64,000 nt of DNA. Source: Selaginella moellendorffii. Its lineage: Eukaryota > Plantae > Lycopodiophyta. The DNA is taken from contig NW_003314376.1 of assembly GCF_000143415.4 (NCBI RefSeq), positions 208,844 through 272,843 of the forward strand, in the 5' to 3' direction. The notes below the pieces were generated by a model, which was given only the letters and a program-made list of their open reading frames with translations, was not told where the DNA came from and did not search any database. The translations under genes and the position numbers were made by a program. Of the stretch, positions 51,166 through 64,000 are shown one piece after another (the stretch's first letter is position 1; the number at the start of each line of letters is the position of its first letter).

Positions 51166-52422
51166 TCACATTCTTTCAAAGTTTAAGCGCGTTTGCTTTT
51201 GGTCTCTGACAGCCCCTGAACAAACGAACGGAGAAATCGGGCATGCTTGATCAATCCAAAGAAACTAATCACTAAAAGCTTACCAGGTGATGGATTTTGT
51301 TTCGAGGATGACAAAACGGCCTCTTTCCATTCCTCGTATTCTAGGCATGTTGTCCTGCCTGGATCCTGCATGCAAACAAAACTAATGTCTTTAGAACCTG
51401 GAAGTTGCAACAAGCAGATCGACGCCTTCCTACTGACCTCGAGATTCGTGGCATCCGACAGAGCTGCAGAAGAAATGCTCGCACTGTGAGATCAGGCCTT
51501 GCAGAAAAAATATCGAGTTCTTTGCATACCTCTCTTGCATCCTCTAGTTCTTGATTCGGATTTCTCTTTCTCAACACCGACCAAATCGAAGCAGATATCT
51601 GTCATAGACGCGGTAACCTGTAGAAAAATAAAATCTAGAATCGGCAATACAATTGCTCGCTGGAGCTTACGTTGGAAAACTCAGGGTCCGATGTGCTAGA
51701 CACCTCCATCAATTTAGCTTTGTCAACTTTAAGCTGTTGAAATATACAAAAAAAAGACAGTAAAACCGTGAGAAAAAGCATTGGAAACTGCTTGCCTTTT
51801 GCTTTCTCGCGCATAAATAAAATGTGACGCTGATGAATACAGGGTGATCGAAATCAGCGCTTCGACGTCGTGCTTCTGGTAAAGTGGCCAAAAATCGCTC
51901 TTTGTATCTGGAGCAAAACGTAGCGAGCTCGCGCACATTCAAGCTTGTCCTGAAGAAAAAAATGTTATTCCCACATTTTTTTTCCATCTCTTTTCTTCCT
52001 GGCTTTGAAGAAATACCTGATACCAAGAGCATTCTGGACTGTGGTGAGTGATCTATTGTAAGCCTTATCAGAAAGACCACTCAGCTTGATTCCCTTTTGC
52101 CGATCAAATGGAACTTGCATCCTGTCCGAGAAGAAAAGAAAGAAATAAACTCCACCCACAAAGAAATGCAGATCTGGATACTTACATCGAGCACGCGATC
52201 TCGAAACAGAGCACGGATTGGCAGACATCGCCCTGGAATAACACACAAGAGCATTGGACACCCTCAAGTCACAGGTGGAAAGAAAGAAGCAAGCACACTC
52301 ACAATGCCAAATGCCGCCGCATCAAATTCCATCCGGCAGAGGTGCAGCAGCTCCTCCGCCTTGCGCAGCACTTCGCGATCGGCCGCCATTCCCAGCTGCC
52401 GCTCCAGCACCTTCATCTCCAT
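51166..52422 (-). pseudogene. ORC6: ORC6 copy 3 with a ~100-bp deletion fusing exon 4 to exon 5 in frame
   Basis: Same exons as copy 2 and normal NFERM* end; reads LNVRELA-TFCSR-YKERFLA instead of LNVRELAVQFGCVRLIQAVQRVLAA-YKERFLA. Confidence 0.82.
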
Positions 52423-52729
52423 GGCACGCGAAGAACCTCGCGTTTGGAAATAGGCGGGAAAATAACGAGTTAACCTAAACCACGAGGGTTAACATTAATG
52501 GTCAACTATAGTCAACCTTGGCGTTGTAGCCCCAATTTTATTTGGAACGATGGATGGATCATACAAAACTTTTTAAGATTGTAGAAAGCTGCAGGGAATA
52601 CAATGACGACGAGAGTCCTTCATTTCTCGCAGTGAAGAACACAATCAAAAAAAGGAGATGGCCGAGTAGATCATATCTTGTTGAACGCGACGATGTCACA
52701 ACTTAGGATGTACTCCGCCGCCAGGCCCT

Positions 52730-53433
52730 CATCGATCAAGAAGTATGTCACTTGAGGCTACTAATACTGCTCCGTTGGATCTAACTTTTGGTGCTGTGGG
52801 GTGTAATCATATTGGTATTGTGCCCATCCTTGATGTGTTATTTGTTGGTCTCTAGCTTTTGTGGGATGTGATTATACGGTTTATTCTGTTCTCAATGTTC
52901 TACCATCTCTTATTGATGTGGAGTCTGATCGTGATATTGATTGGTGAGCTATGGATGATGCAGTTTAATTCTTAGAGAATGTTTGAGGATCAAGTTTGTG
53001 GAAAGACAATGTGTACGAACTTGGGTGGATTCCAAAGTGTGATAATGAGCTTGATTATTATGGAGAAAGTTTTGGAGATAAAGTGGAGATTTCGCGAAGT
53101 AAGTGTCAATATTTCAATCTATTATCTAATCCTTTCTCTTTCCCTTTTGCTCTTTCCTAACTATTTTTTTATTTTTCGGCCTGAGCCACCTTCTCAAGTT
53201 CCTAGTATTTCTTCTTCATTTGTAGTGTTTTCTTCTTTTGGCATATTGATCATTTATGACTTTCATGATTTTAACTTTCAATCCAGTGTTGAGTTGAGTG
53301 TTTTTTATCCTCCTCATACTAATCTGGATATTGAGTGTATCCATGAAGTTGAGAATCTTGCTGTTGTTTCCCTGGTAGAGTCTTTGATTAGTTCTAGTAT
53401 TGAGTATTTCCCTATTCCAAGGGTTAAATCACT
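52730..53433 (+). mobile_element. Family C internal fragment, joined by deletion to block A
   Basis: Homologous to 483-1184, then switches to block A at CACTT|CAACAAAAGCTG. Confidence 0.65.
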
Positions 53434-54014
53434 TCAACAAAAGCTGCCAGAATCTCCAAGGATGAGTATTAGAATGGTGAAGAGAAAAGTTTAGCATTTT
53501 TGTTTCTTTGCTAAGGGGAGATAGCTCAGATGGTAGAGCGCTCACCATCAAAATATGTTTGATTATTGGATCGTTCCAGGCAGTTTGACCGATTTTACTG
53601 GTGTTGACCTCTGGGGGAGCTATGGATGGATGTTGCACCGTGAGACTGTCAACAGAGCAATGCATAGATATTTATCTTGTGTTTCTTTTTCCCACTTTTT
53701 TGCAAACGAGTAAAAAAGTTTCGTTCACTGCAAGTACATTAGGATTGAGCCTGGAGGAGTTGCCATCAAATTAAAGATGTCTTATCTTTTTGAAATATTG
53801 AGCATTTCGTGATTGTGAGATTAAATCGCTGTTCACATCTAGGTTTGGGCTCTTTGGCATGCTCAGTACAAGTCCGACAATCCACAGCGTCACAAGCTCT
53901 TGTTTTTTTCACAAAGCCAAAAGTACCTCTTTATTTTCTATTTTAAGTCAAGGGTTAGGTTATAATCTTTCTCGCTTGGATTTTTCTATTGTAGAAGCTC
54001 TCGTCAGGTAAGCT

Positions 54015-54746
54015 ATGGTCTCTCGCGCTCACGCCGCCCCAACGCTTGCCCGCCGAGCTCCAGCGCCCTGGCATGGCGGCCATCACCGAGCTTCACACCC
54101 GCGAGCTCCAGCTCTAGCTCCAGCACATCCACCACACCACCATGGACACCATCCTCGAGGAGCCCACGAGCCAGTGCCAGGTTTAGCTCCAGTTCTTCAA
54201 GGTGACGCTCCAGTTCGAGCCCCAGCGCCAGCTGCTTTCGTTCACCCTGCTCGCGGCCACCCTGCTCATCTAGCTCCAGCGCCTGATGCTCGCCACCATC
54301 ATCATCACGGTGATGGAGCTCCTCTGGTTGTTCACCACCATCACCATGGTCACCACCATGGTCACCACCATGGAGGACGCCACAACCACCACCACCACCA
54401 CCACCACCGTCGCGAGGGTCACGACGCAGCAGTGGCCACACCAACACCCGCAGCAGTAGTTACAGTGGTTCGGAGGACGCCGTGGTCGCTGCTCCAGCTT
54501 CTTCTGTGGGTTTTGGTTGCGATCTTGGTGCTGCTCGCATGCTTTTTGCTCGTGCGATGGATGTTCTCTCGGAGGAAGCAGCGCAGTAATGCGATCTTTC
54601 AGGATCCCGGGTGGCAGATCGAAGTTGTGGTGGACGATTCTCTGACTGAGAAGAAACAGCTGGAAGCTCACACTCGTGGTTCGCACAGCAATGGCACTCT
54701 GGGATTCTCCTCAAAGTGTCCTGCCAACACTGGCAGTGACGCGTAA
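54015..54746 (+). CDS. His/Pro/Ala-rich single-pass membrane protein (copy 4, 243 aa)
   Basis: As above, in-frame deletion of one APAP unit. Confidence 0.7.
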   Translation: MVSRAHAAPTLARRAPAPWHGGHHRASHPRAPALAPAHPPHHHGHHPRGAHEPVPGLAPVLQGDAPVRAPAPAAFVHPARGHPAHLAPAPDARHHHHHGDGAPLVVHHHHHGHHHGHHHGGRHNHHHHHHHRREGHDAAVATPTPAAVVTVVRRTPWSLLQLLLWVLVAILVLLACFLLVRWMFSRRKQRSNAIFQDPGWQIEVVVDDSLTEKKQLEAHTRGSHSNGTLGFSSKCPANTGSDA

Positions 54747-55876
54747 GTCAGCACAGTGCATGCCTTGTCACATGGAAGATTGTGTACAAACAATCTTCAA
54801 GGAGATGAAGTTGCAGAGCAAGAAGACAGCAGGGTCTTGCTCAAGGACGGTAAAGATCACATACAAGGGTCCACTGGTGGAAGTCACCAGACTTGGAAGT
54901 TATTGCGCAGCTGGCTCAGAACATGGACTGGAAAGTAGAGCAGGAACCTACCAAGTTTCGATTTGACTGAGCTATCCTCTAGAGGTGACGGGGGAGCAGA
55001 CGTTAGTGCACCTCCAAAGGCCAGAGAAGTTGCTTGAGACGAAAGGTTTGAGAAAAGGTAACGTACTACTTTTGCTCTCTGTTCTTGCAGGTGCTCAAAT
55101 CTCAACTTCGATGAGAAGAAGCAGAGCAGGGCATAGCGGCCAGATAGGTTTCTCCAGAGTCAAGAGCATCATAAGCCAGGAATCAAGCAAGTGCAAAATT
55201 GTGGAAGTATGGTCGAAGTCTACACTGCGGCTTGCAACACAGGTTGTTTGACAGGATGGGACGAAGAACAGGATAGGTTGGTCTACCTCGCAAATTAACC
55301 CAATGCATTCGTCGCAAGCAGCCTCGTGGACATGTGGAAGCATCAAAAGTGTTCAGGAGGACAAAGAAACACGACGTTGGTTGCCTGGAACACGATCATC
55401 ATGGGACATGCACGTCTTCTATCAGATGCAACGAGAAGCTGGCCTGCCTCCAAACGCTGAGACTTTGCATGGAGCAGCAAAACGTCGTTTCCTGGGAACA
55501 ACCTTTGCTCTTGACTGCTACAAGCAAGCCGCAGCCAAACGCTCAGACTTTCATGGTGGCGCTCAAGGCACGCGGCGACTTAGCAGAGAAGAGGCTCCAC
55601 TCGCAGATCTGGGAGAGAAATCTGGAGGGAATCCAGTACTCAGCGTGGTCGCTCAATGAGAGAAAAGCTTTTCTTGGGAGGTTGGTAAACTTTGCAAGGA
55701 AAGAGTGTCATGCAAGGTTGATGGAGCCGTCAATTGAAGATGGTACCTGAAAAGACACAAATGGATCTTAGCTGGCACACCTTGGTGAAGAGATAAAAAA
55801 TATGAGAGACAATACTTATTTCTTAATTAATTTGCTGTAGTATCATTCATTGAGTAATTTAGTTATAAACTTATTT

Positions 55877-58800
55877 TGTGAGTGCTTGGAATATGGAAAG
55901 AGAATACAGAAATGTGCATATCAATTAGCCCAAAAACTCTAGCTTATATACAAGAGCAAGTGGTCCGGATTGAAACCAATCCGACGGCTACCAAAATCCC
56001 ACTACGCTAATATTAGTATACGGCATCGTAGCTGTACACTTCACATCACATCATCCCTCCTCTCAGAATAATGAAAGACTGTCAGGGTTCTCTTGTAGAT
56101 GGGCCAGGATCTAGAGGAATATCAGGATGAGGCATCGGCGGATCTGTAGGTGGTATTAACTGCTCCTAATCCCTTCGTATGAAGCGTTTCAACCGCTGCA
56201 CATGCACAATCTCTGGAGGATCGGCCTGCTGGACATCATGCTGAACCTCATAAACTTGAGGTCCAACTTGCCGCAACACTTGATACAGTCCTTTCTATTG
56301 TGCAAGGAGCCCCTTAGATAAACCACGTAAGTCTTTTGCTTCGTGCGGAGCCCAATATGTCGGAACAGATCAAGCTAGGAATGTTATGGCCAGCATTTCG
56401 TCAAGATCTTGTCGGCCTTGTGCATGCACTTGCTCTTGCCACCCTTGATGATGCTCTTCGCTTGGCACAACGTTATGAGACGTCGCCTCTTCCACTTCTC
56501 ACTGCACGTCCTTCCACTCCACTTCCTATGAGTGATGGTCCTGTTCCAATGGAGGTTGATGCTGCTGCTACTCGAGTCCAAGGACAAGGGTGAGGATGTG
56601 GTCGTGGCCGTGATGTTCGTTGCTGGGCGTGTGATGAATCTGGTCATACTTATCGGCGTTGTCAGCGCTTTTTGGATTGGTGACCTCCATTTCCTGGGTG
56701 GAGACCTTGGCGTCAGCAATGTCCTATTGGTGCTGCTGCGGTGGAAGGTTTTGACACCGAGATGCATCCAGGAAACGAGGAGTCGTGTGAGTAACAGAGG
56801 GACCTTGTGCGAATAAGTCAGTGACCCTCCATCTTTCTTTCGGGAGTATCATCAAGGGGTTCACTTGGCACCGGTTCATCCAGTGTTTACTTTCCAAGCT
56901 CGTTTTTATAACAAGAGGTCTCCTATTATTCTCTCCGTGTTGGTTGATACAGGTTTGAGTTTATCTTCTATTACTCGACCTGTTGCCACACATTGCCGTC
57001 TACACTTGCGTTGTGCGGCGGAACTAGTTTTCATTCTTTATGGCAACGGCCGTATGCATGCCTGTGCACGGGATGAGGTGGACTTAGTTGTGCGTGTGGG
57101 CGATCTCGAGCTTGAGTTGCAGTCATTGCAGGTGGTGCCGAGTCAAGCTTTTGACCTCATTCTTGGTATGGATTGGTTGCAGCGCAATCATGCCAAGTGT
57201 GATTTTGAAGCTTCTCCCCCTTGTCTCATACTTCCTTATGTTTCATCCATTCCTCTCACTTCTGTACCTTTGTCCCTTTACTTCTACCTCTGCTTCCATT
57301 ACTTTTGTTTCCCCACTATTTCCTCCTATGTTTCCATCTTGTTCTGCTCTTCCCTTTTCCAATCCCTCCGACGATCTTTGTGTTGCAGCGGTGGACCGGC
57401 TCATGAAGGAGTATTCTGATCTCTTTGAATTTGACCTATCGTCTGGCGCCAAGATTGCCACATGTCATCTAATTCCAACCAGGGATGCTCGTCCAATCAA
57501 GATTCCTATTCATCGTCGGTCACCCAAGGAGATCAAGATTTTACGTGCAAATGTCAAGGAGATGTTGGGAGAAGAGTGTTATTCGGAAGTCACAAAGTCC
57601 TTGGGCATGTGAACCTCATCTTGTGACGAAGCCTGATGGGAGTATTCGTTTCTGCATTGACTATCATCCGTTAAACGAAGTGATGATCCCAGATGTGTAT
57701 CCTCTTCCTCACACTGTTGATCTCTTGGATCATCTGGGGTGAAGTCGTTGGTTCACCAAGCTAGATCTTGCTTCTGGGTACTGGCAAGTACCGATGGCCG
57801 AAGAAGATATTCCTAAGACTGCTTTTCGTACACCATTTGGTTTGTACGAGTTCTTGGTAATGCTGTTTGGTTTGAATAATGCTCCAGCAACTTTCCAGCG
57901 GATGATGGATGAGGTTCTTTGCGATATGCCGGAAGTGACTACTGACTTCATTGATGATGTCTTGATCCATTCGGAGGGGACGTGGGAGGAACACGTTTGT
58001 GATGTTTGTAAAGTGTTGGATTGGCTACGCGACATTGGTTTCAAGCTGAAGCGGATGAAGTGCATGTTTGGGTCCAAGGATACAACTTATCTTGGGTACC
58101 GTATTTCTCGTGAGGGTTTGTAAGTTGATCCTGACAAACTTGTGGCTGTTCTAAAGTTCCCTACTCCAAAGTGTGTGAATGATGTGCAACGCTTCTTGGG
58201 CAAGGTGTAGTATCTCGGTCGTTTTGTGGATCATCTTTCTGATCGGACTACACCGTTGCGAGTGTTGTTGAAGTCATCAACATCATCTTTCATTTGGTCT
58301 CCGGATTGTGAGCGGGCATTCGAGGATCTCAAAGAGCTATTAACGACTCCTCCGGTTTTGGCATATCCTAACTACACTTGACCTTTTATTTTGCGCGTGG
58401 ATGCTTCTGACATTGGTCTTGGAGGTGTGTTGATGCAAGAGAGCTCGAGTGTGCCTGGTCAACGCCATCCCATTACGTATATAAGTACATTACAGCCAGC
58501 GGAAATGAACTACTCCACGATAGAGAAGGAGTGTTTAGCAGCTGTTTGTTTCGAGAAACTTCATGCATATCTACATGGTTCTTGGACGTTACTTGAAGGT
58601 GACCATGCTGCTGTTACTTCATTATTGAAGCGGAAGAACATGGTTGGTCGTACGGCTCGATGGGCTTTAAAGCTTCAGATATATGATTTTGATGTTGTTC
58701 ATCGCCCAGAGAGTTCTATGGCTGATGCTGATACCCTTTCTCGAGCTCCTCTTCCTTCTCCACTCACTTCTCATGTTTCTGACGAACCTGTTGTTCCAGC

Positions 58801-60410
58801 ATCTGTGGATTTTCTAGATAAGGATTCTGTGTTGTCAGTGGTTGCTATACTTGACGTTCAGTATTTACAAGGCGCAAAGCAAGATCTACCTTCTCTTGAT
58901 GAGGTTCGTGAGGCTCAAAAGCTTGAGCCATGGATTCGAAGGCTTCGAGATGGGTTTGAGAATCCTACATCACTTGCTGATGATTTGCCTTTCCAGCATT
59001 TACATTCTCAATATCGCCTCGAAAACAACCTTCTTTATTTTGTGGGGATGGATCCTAATGTTCTTTTACGGCTGGTGGTACCTTCTATCTTTATTCCGCA
59101 GTTTCTCCATGCCTACCATGATTCTCTTATTCTAGGTGGGCATATGGGACATCGTCGTGTAATTGAGAAGCTGCGCAGGTCTTTCTATTGGCCGAAGATG
59201 CGACATGATATTATCCGGCATATGCGTAGTTGTGTTTGGTGCCAAGCTCGTAATACTCCCCCTCGGGCTGCGGAAGGACGGTTGGAGTCAATTGCAGTTT
59301 CCCGTCCGTTTGAGTTGGTGGCGTTTGATCTTATAAGACCTTTTCCACGGTAGACTGCTGGCAATGAGTATGTTATTATTGCTTCTAACTACTTGACTCG
59401 TTGGGTGGAAGTTGGTGCTCTTGCTAGTGCCTCTGCAACTACTGTTGGATACTTCCTCCTCAATCGAGTGGTGTTCCAACATTCTTGTCCAGAGGAGATT
59501 CTTTCAGATAATGGTCCCGCATTTATGGCTGAGGCATTTCATATTTTGACGTCTCGGCTGGGGATACACCACACTTTCACGAGTGCTTATCATCCACAAT
59601 TAGATGGTCTGGTGGAACGGCTCGTTTAGACATTCAAGGGAATGATTGTGAAGTATGTGAACTTTCAACATTCGGATTGGGATGGTTATTTGCCGTCTCT
59701 TCGGTATGCATATGTCACAAGGGTGCAAAGTTTTGTTGGTGCTTCACTATATAAAGTTTTATATGGTTATGATCCAATATTACCAACGGAGCTAGGTTTA
59801 CCTTCACGATTACCACAAGCTGCAGATCCCCACGAAAGAACTCCGGCTGAACGCGAGGATTGGCACCAAGGGCAGGAGGAGTTAGACCACGTGATGTGAA
59901 TGCCACCATCAATTGAGTTTGGTTGTTCAATTGCAAGTGCATAGCATCAAGCAGTTGGACCAACTGCTGCTCGAGAGTGAAAGGAGGAGATTGCTGATCT
60001 GCCATGAAGACGGACGACGAAAGAGCAAAAGAAGAGAAATGACAAAAAACGAGAAGGAAATGGGAGATCTAGACAATGCAAAAAGCTAGATCTAAACCAA
60101 AATCTTGAAAGGGAAGAACAAAAGAAAGGAAATGGAAAAAGCTAAATCTAGACGATGCAAAAGTTAGATCTAAACCAAAATCCCAAATTCAAGCACTCCT
60201 TAAGGACAATCAAAAGTGCCCTTTACCTCCACTAATGTGAGTGCTTGGAATATGGAAAGGGAATACAGAAATGTGCATATCAATTAGCCCAAAAACCCTA
60301 GCTTATATACAAGAGCGAGTGGTCTAGATTGAAACCAATCCGACGGCTACCAAAATCCCACTACGCTAATATTAGTATATGGCATCGTAGCCGTACACTT
60401 GGCCCTCACA
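55877..60410 (-). mobile_element. Ty3/gypsy element with both LTRs (55877-56050, 60236-60410), 4-bp TSD ATTT, and an internally inverted gag-pol
   Basis: ATTT on both sides, empty site at 40687; PPT left and PBS right give minus orientation. Confidence 0.93.
56330..59823 (+). pseudogene. Inverted, disrupted gag(C-term)-PR-RT-RH-INT segment
   Basis: LVDTG, FIDD, VDAS, ADADTLS, HDSLILGGHMG..CVWCQ, SDNG on the plus strand; many stops. Confidence 0.9.
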
Positions 60411-63243
60411 ATTTGAGATTAATATTATAGTAGAATAAACAAAAATATACTAGAAAGTGTTTATATGGAAGTTTATAAATTCTAATCAAAAAGATTAATC
60501 TAAATGAACAACAACTATTAGATATTAAAATATCCTAAAATCTCCAAGCATAGTTTAAGTATATTCAATACCACCATAGGTTTGCTGANNNNNNNNNNNN
60601 NNNNNNNNNNNNNNNNNNNNNNNNNNNNNNNNNNNNNNNNNNNNNNNNNNNNNNNNNNNNNNNNNNNNNNNNNNNNNNNNNNNNNNNNCACTTATGGATC
60701 TATAGTGTTTGGTCACTTTAAACCTGTAGAAGCTTATTCACAAACCTATTTACATTATTATATAGAACTTTTTTCCCAAAACTTCTTTGATTAAACCCAT
60801 ATTAAACTTGGGACTTAAGTTTCTCAGAGATTTTGTTGTTGATTAGATGTTATGTTTTTCTTTTAACCATGCTCTGTACAAATATATAACTTTTATAATT
60901 ATAATTTAAGTTCTTTAAATCTTTTTTAATTTCATATTAGTAGACGAGAAACAACAAACATATGAACATTACAAATACTTGGTCAAAGGAAGCAAAGACA
61001 GCATACCCAAAGGCATTATAGTTGAAAGTAAAAAATGACCATCAAGCCGGAATACCATCATTATGAGTATATAATTCTCAAGTATGGAAGTGATATTATA
61101 AATGGGAAGCTTTACAACATCATAATCAACCAATTCCCGAGTTGCAATTACATATAAACATTAAAATTCTGAAATCTTTCATCCTTTGCATAGGATGGAT
61201 CCAAATGTTAAAGTTTAGATTCATCATAACGTCTGAACATGAGGTGAAAAAAATAGATATTGGTATTGTATTTGAAACTAAAATAAACTTTATCTATAAA
61301 TTACACTGAAAACAATATAGGGCATTTCTTATAATTTCACTCAAAGAGAGAGTTAATTCTTCAATAGAAGAAAAACGTGCAACCATCACGAAACTTAAAT
61401 GTATTAACGACCTTGTCTAGATCAGCTGAAAGAAGGCACAAAGAAACTTGCCAAGCATCAGCAAGACAAAAGCACACACTTTACTTTGGACAACTCTCTA
61501 TCATGAAATCAAAAAAGATTTAAAGAACTTGAATCATAGTTACAAAGTTGTACATTTGTACAGGACAGAATGTAACATCTAATCTACTTGGAGAAGCTTG
61601 AGTCCCAAGTTTTCAAGTTAAGTTTAAGTGACCGATATATAATTTCCTATATAAATAACCATTTGTGAAATATGATCCAGAGCATGATTGTCTCTGATAT
61701 TTTTATCTTTTGACCATGGTGTGCCCCCTAAGATCCTTTCGCCTGTTTTCATCTTTGTTTGGGTTTTGTTGATGGCTCCGTCAATCTTGCATCACACTCT
61801 TTCTCCATTTTCCTCACAAAGTTTACCAACAAGCTCCCGAGATGAGCAACACCTCCTAATACCCTCTCCACAATAAGATTGTATGTCCATTCCCGTCCCT
61901 GAAATAACATGTCATTGATGAAAAAGTCAAACAACAAGATACTTACCATGTGTAAGGAGATAAGCTCCAGAGCCTTCACAGCTTTTCATNNNNNNNNNNN
62001 NNNNNNNNNNNNNNNNNNNNNNNNNNNNNNNNNNNNNNNNNNNNNNNNNNNNNNNNNNNNNNNNNNNNNNNNNNNNNNNNNNNNNNNNNNNNNNNNNNNN
62101 NNNNNNNNNNNNNNNNNNNNNNNNNNNNNNNNNNNNNNNNNNNNNNNNNNNNNNNNNNNNNNNNNNNNNNNNNNNNNNNNNNNNNNNNNNNNNNNNNNNN
62201 NNNNNNNNNNNNNNNNNNNNNNNNNNNNNNNNNNNNNNNNNNNNNNNNNNNNNNNNNNNNNNNNNNNNNNNNNNNNNNNNNNNNNNNNNNNNNNNNNNNN
62301 NNNNNNNNNNNNNNNNNNNNNNNNNNNNNNNNNNNNNNNNNNNNNNNNNNNNNNNNNNNNNNNNNNNNNNNNNNNNNNNNNNNNNNNNNNNNNNNNNNNN
62401 NNNNNNNNNNNNNNNNNNNNNNNNNNNNNNNNNNNNNNNNNNNNNNNNNNNNNNNNNNNNNNNNNNNNNNNNNNNNNNNNNNNNNNNNNNNNNNNNNNNN
62501 NNNNNNNNNNNNNNNNNNNNNNNNNNNNNNNNNNNNNNNNNNNNNNNNNNNNNNNNNNNNNNNNNNNNNNNNNNNNNNNNNNNNNNNNNNNNNNNNNNNN
62601 NNNNNNNNNNNNNNNNNNNNNNNNNNNNNNNNNNNNNNNNNNNNNNNNNNNNNNNNNNNNNNNNNNNNNNNNNNNNNNNNNNNNNNNNNNNNNNNNNNNN
62701 NNNNNNNNNNNNNNNNNNNNNNNNNNNNNNNNNNNNNNNNNNNNNNNNNNNNNNNNNNNNNNNNNNNNNNNNNNNNNTACAGAAAACTGGGGAAAAGAAA
62801 CACGAGATAAATATCTATCCATTGCTGTTTTGATAGTCTCACGGTGCCCAACCGAAAGCATGAGACTGATAGATGCAAAAATGCAAGTTGGATTATCTTT
62901 GTCATGTAGATGGCATCCTTGTTGTCTTCACGCTCCTGCCTACCAGTCTTCTTTTTCTCAGCCGGTGGAGGTCTCTTATTATGGCTGCCTCTATTGCAGA
63001 CACAACATATCAAAGTAGTTTCCATAATGTCAGAGGCAAAAGCAAAAGAATTAACCCATCTGGGTACTGGAGTAAAAGCCAGTTTGTCACAGACGGTAGA
63101 GCAGCAATCCAGTGACCCAACAGTGGAGGGAACTGGCACCATCCGGTTTTACTTCTTCATCGTGGATCCCTCGCTCCTCAAGTGGTCAACCATAGTCAAC
63201 ACCAGTAAAATCGGTCAAAATGCTTGGAATGATTGAAAATAGT

Positions 63244-63316
63244 TGGAGATGCCAGGTATCAATCCCGGTGCCTCTCGCATGCTAAGTGAGCGCTCTACCA
63301 TCTGAGCTACATCCCC
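63244..63316 (-). tRNA. tRNA-Ala(AGC)-derived; B-box substitution, likely pseudogene
   Basis: Full length; T loop ATTGATA; anticodon-stem mismatch. Confidence 0.7.
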
Positions 63317-63888
63317 TTAGAATAGAAACAAAAATGCAAAGCTTTTCTCTTCACCATTCTAATACTCATCCTTGGAGATTCCAGTGTCTTTTTTGTCACA
63401 TTTCAAGAGTTCTTTGATTAATTCTACAGCTCTAGCTACGGAGGAAAGTACTCCAGTTCTGCTGTGTAGTGTTACTTATCCAAAACCAAAAGATATACCA
63501 TGTATTTGGTTAGCTGGGTAAAATTGATGTATGTGGAGTTTTAAACTTTAGATGAAACACGCTTTAAATTTGGAAAGAACACTTTACAACAATAACAATA
63601 GGTAAACATTAGCAGTTTCTCAAGAAATTCTAAAAATGAGAAAAAATAAATATGTGAAAATTATACATGCATAATCAAATGAAGCACAGGCAACATACTT
63701 AAGGGCATTATAGTTAAAGGCAAAAGTTAAAAGTCTTAACATGAAACAACAATACCATCTTTACGAGTATATAATTCTCAATTATGGAATTGATACTATA
63801 AATAAGAAGATTTACCACATCGCAATAAACTAATTCCCATACATATACTTCCGACATTGGGTGAGCTTTTAATCCCTTATAAACATAT

Positions 63889-64000
63889 TGTAAGGTTTGT
63901 AAACACCTATATGGTAACATATGTATTACCTAGGTAAAACCCTATATATAGTATTATGGCATATGAACTATCCCTTTGGGGACCAAACCTGAACCAATTC
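63889..64000 (+). mobile_element. Start of another family C 5' LTR at the same ATAT site as 35725, without the microsatellite expansion
   Basis: CATAT|TGTAAGGTTTGTAAAC...GTATTACCTAGG; sequence looks noisy near the window end. Confidence 0.6.

Noticed and set aside
61909-63142. Long ORFs of 291-388 aa
   Set aside because: Artefacts of translating through the N gap

Overview
Repeat-rich eukaryotic plant DNA. The TTTAGGG motifs, PLS-type PPR remnants and intron-containing plant ORC6 point to a land plant; a Selaginella-like lycophyte is my inference only. The backbone is a serially amplified cassette of two diverged, oppositely oriented paralogous blocks. Block A (+) has an ORC6 3' fragment, a broken tRNA-Ala, an intact His/Pro/Ala-rich single-pass membrane ORF and a PPR remnant. 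Block B (-) has a PPR remnant, the C-terminal remnant of the same membrane ORF, tRNA-Ala(AGC) and, in some copies, a full ORC6 gene. Inserted into this array are: five pieces of one short-LTR (~175 bp) Ty3/gypsy family whose PBS matches tRNA-Ala; a related non-autonomous LTR element with a TA microsatellite in its LTR; a 6.6-kb non-coding tRNA-iMet-primed LTR element; and a 6.25-kb DNA transposon (14905-21158) with 22-bp TIRs. That transposon is the most unusual object. It carries a decayed Sola/DUF7869-like transposase N-terminus and a divergently oriented ORF with a ParB/Srx-like segment. It also holds about 11 copies of a 22-bp palindrome (ATGGCATGWGGCCWCATGCCAT) that I did not see elsewhere in the window, an arrangement reminiscent of ParB/parS. 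All protein-family assignments are from motif recognition by eye; no searches were run.
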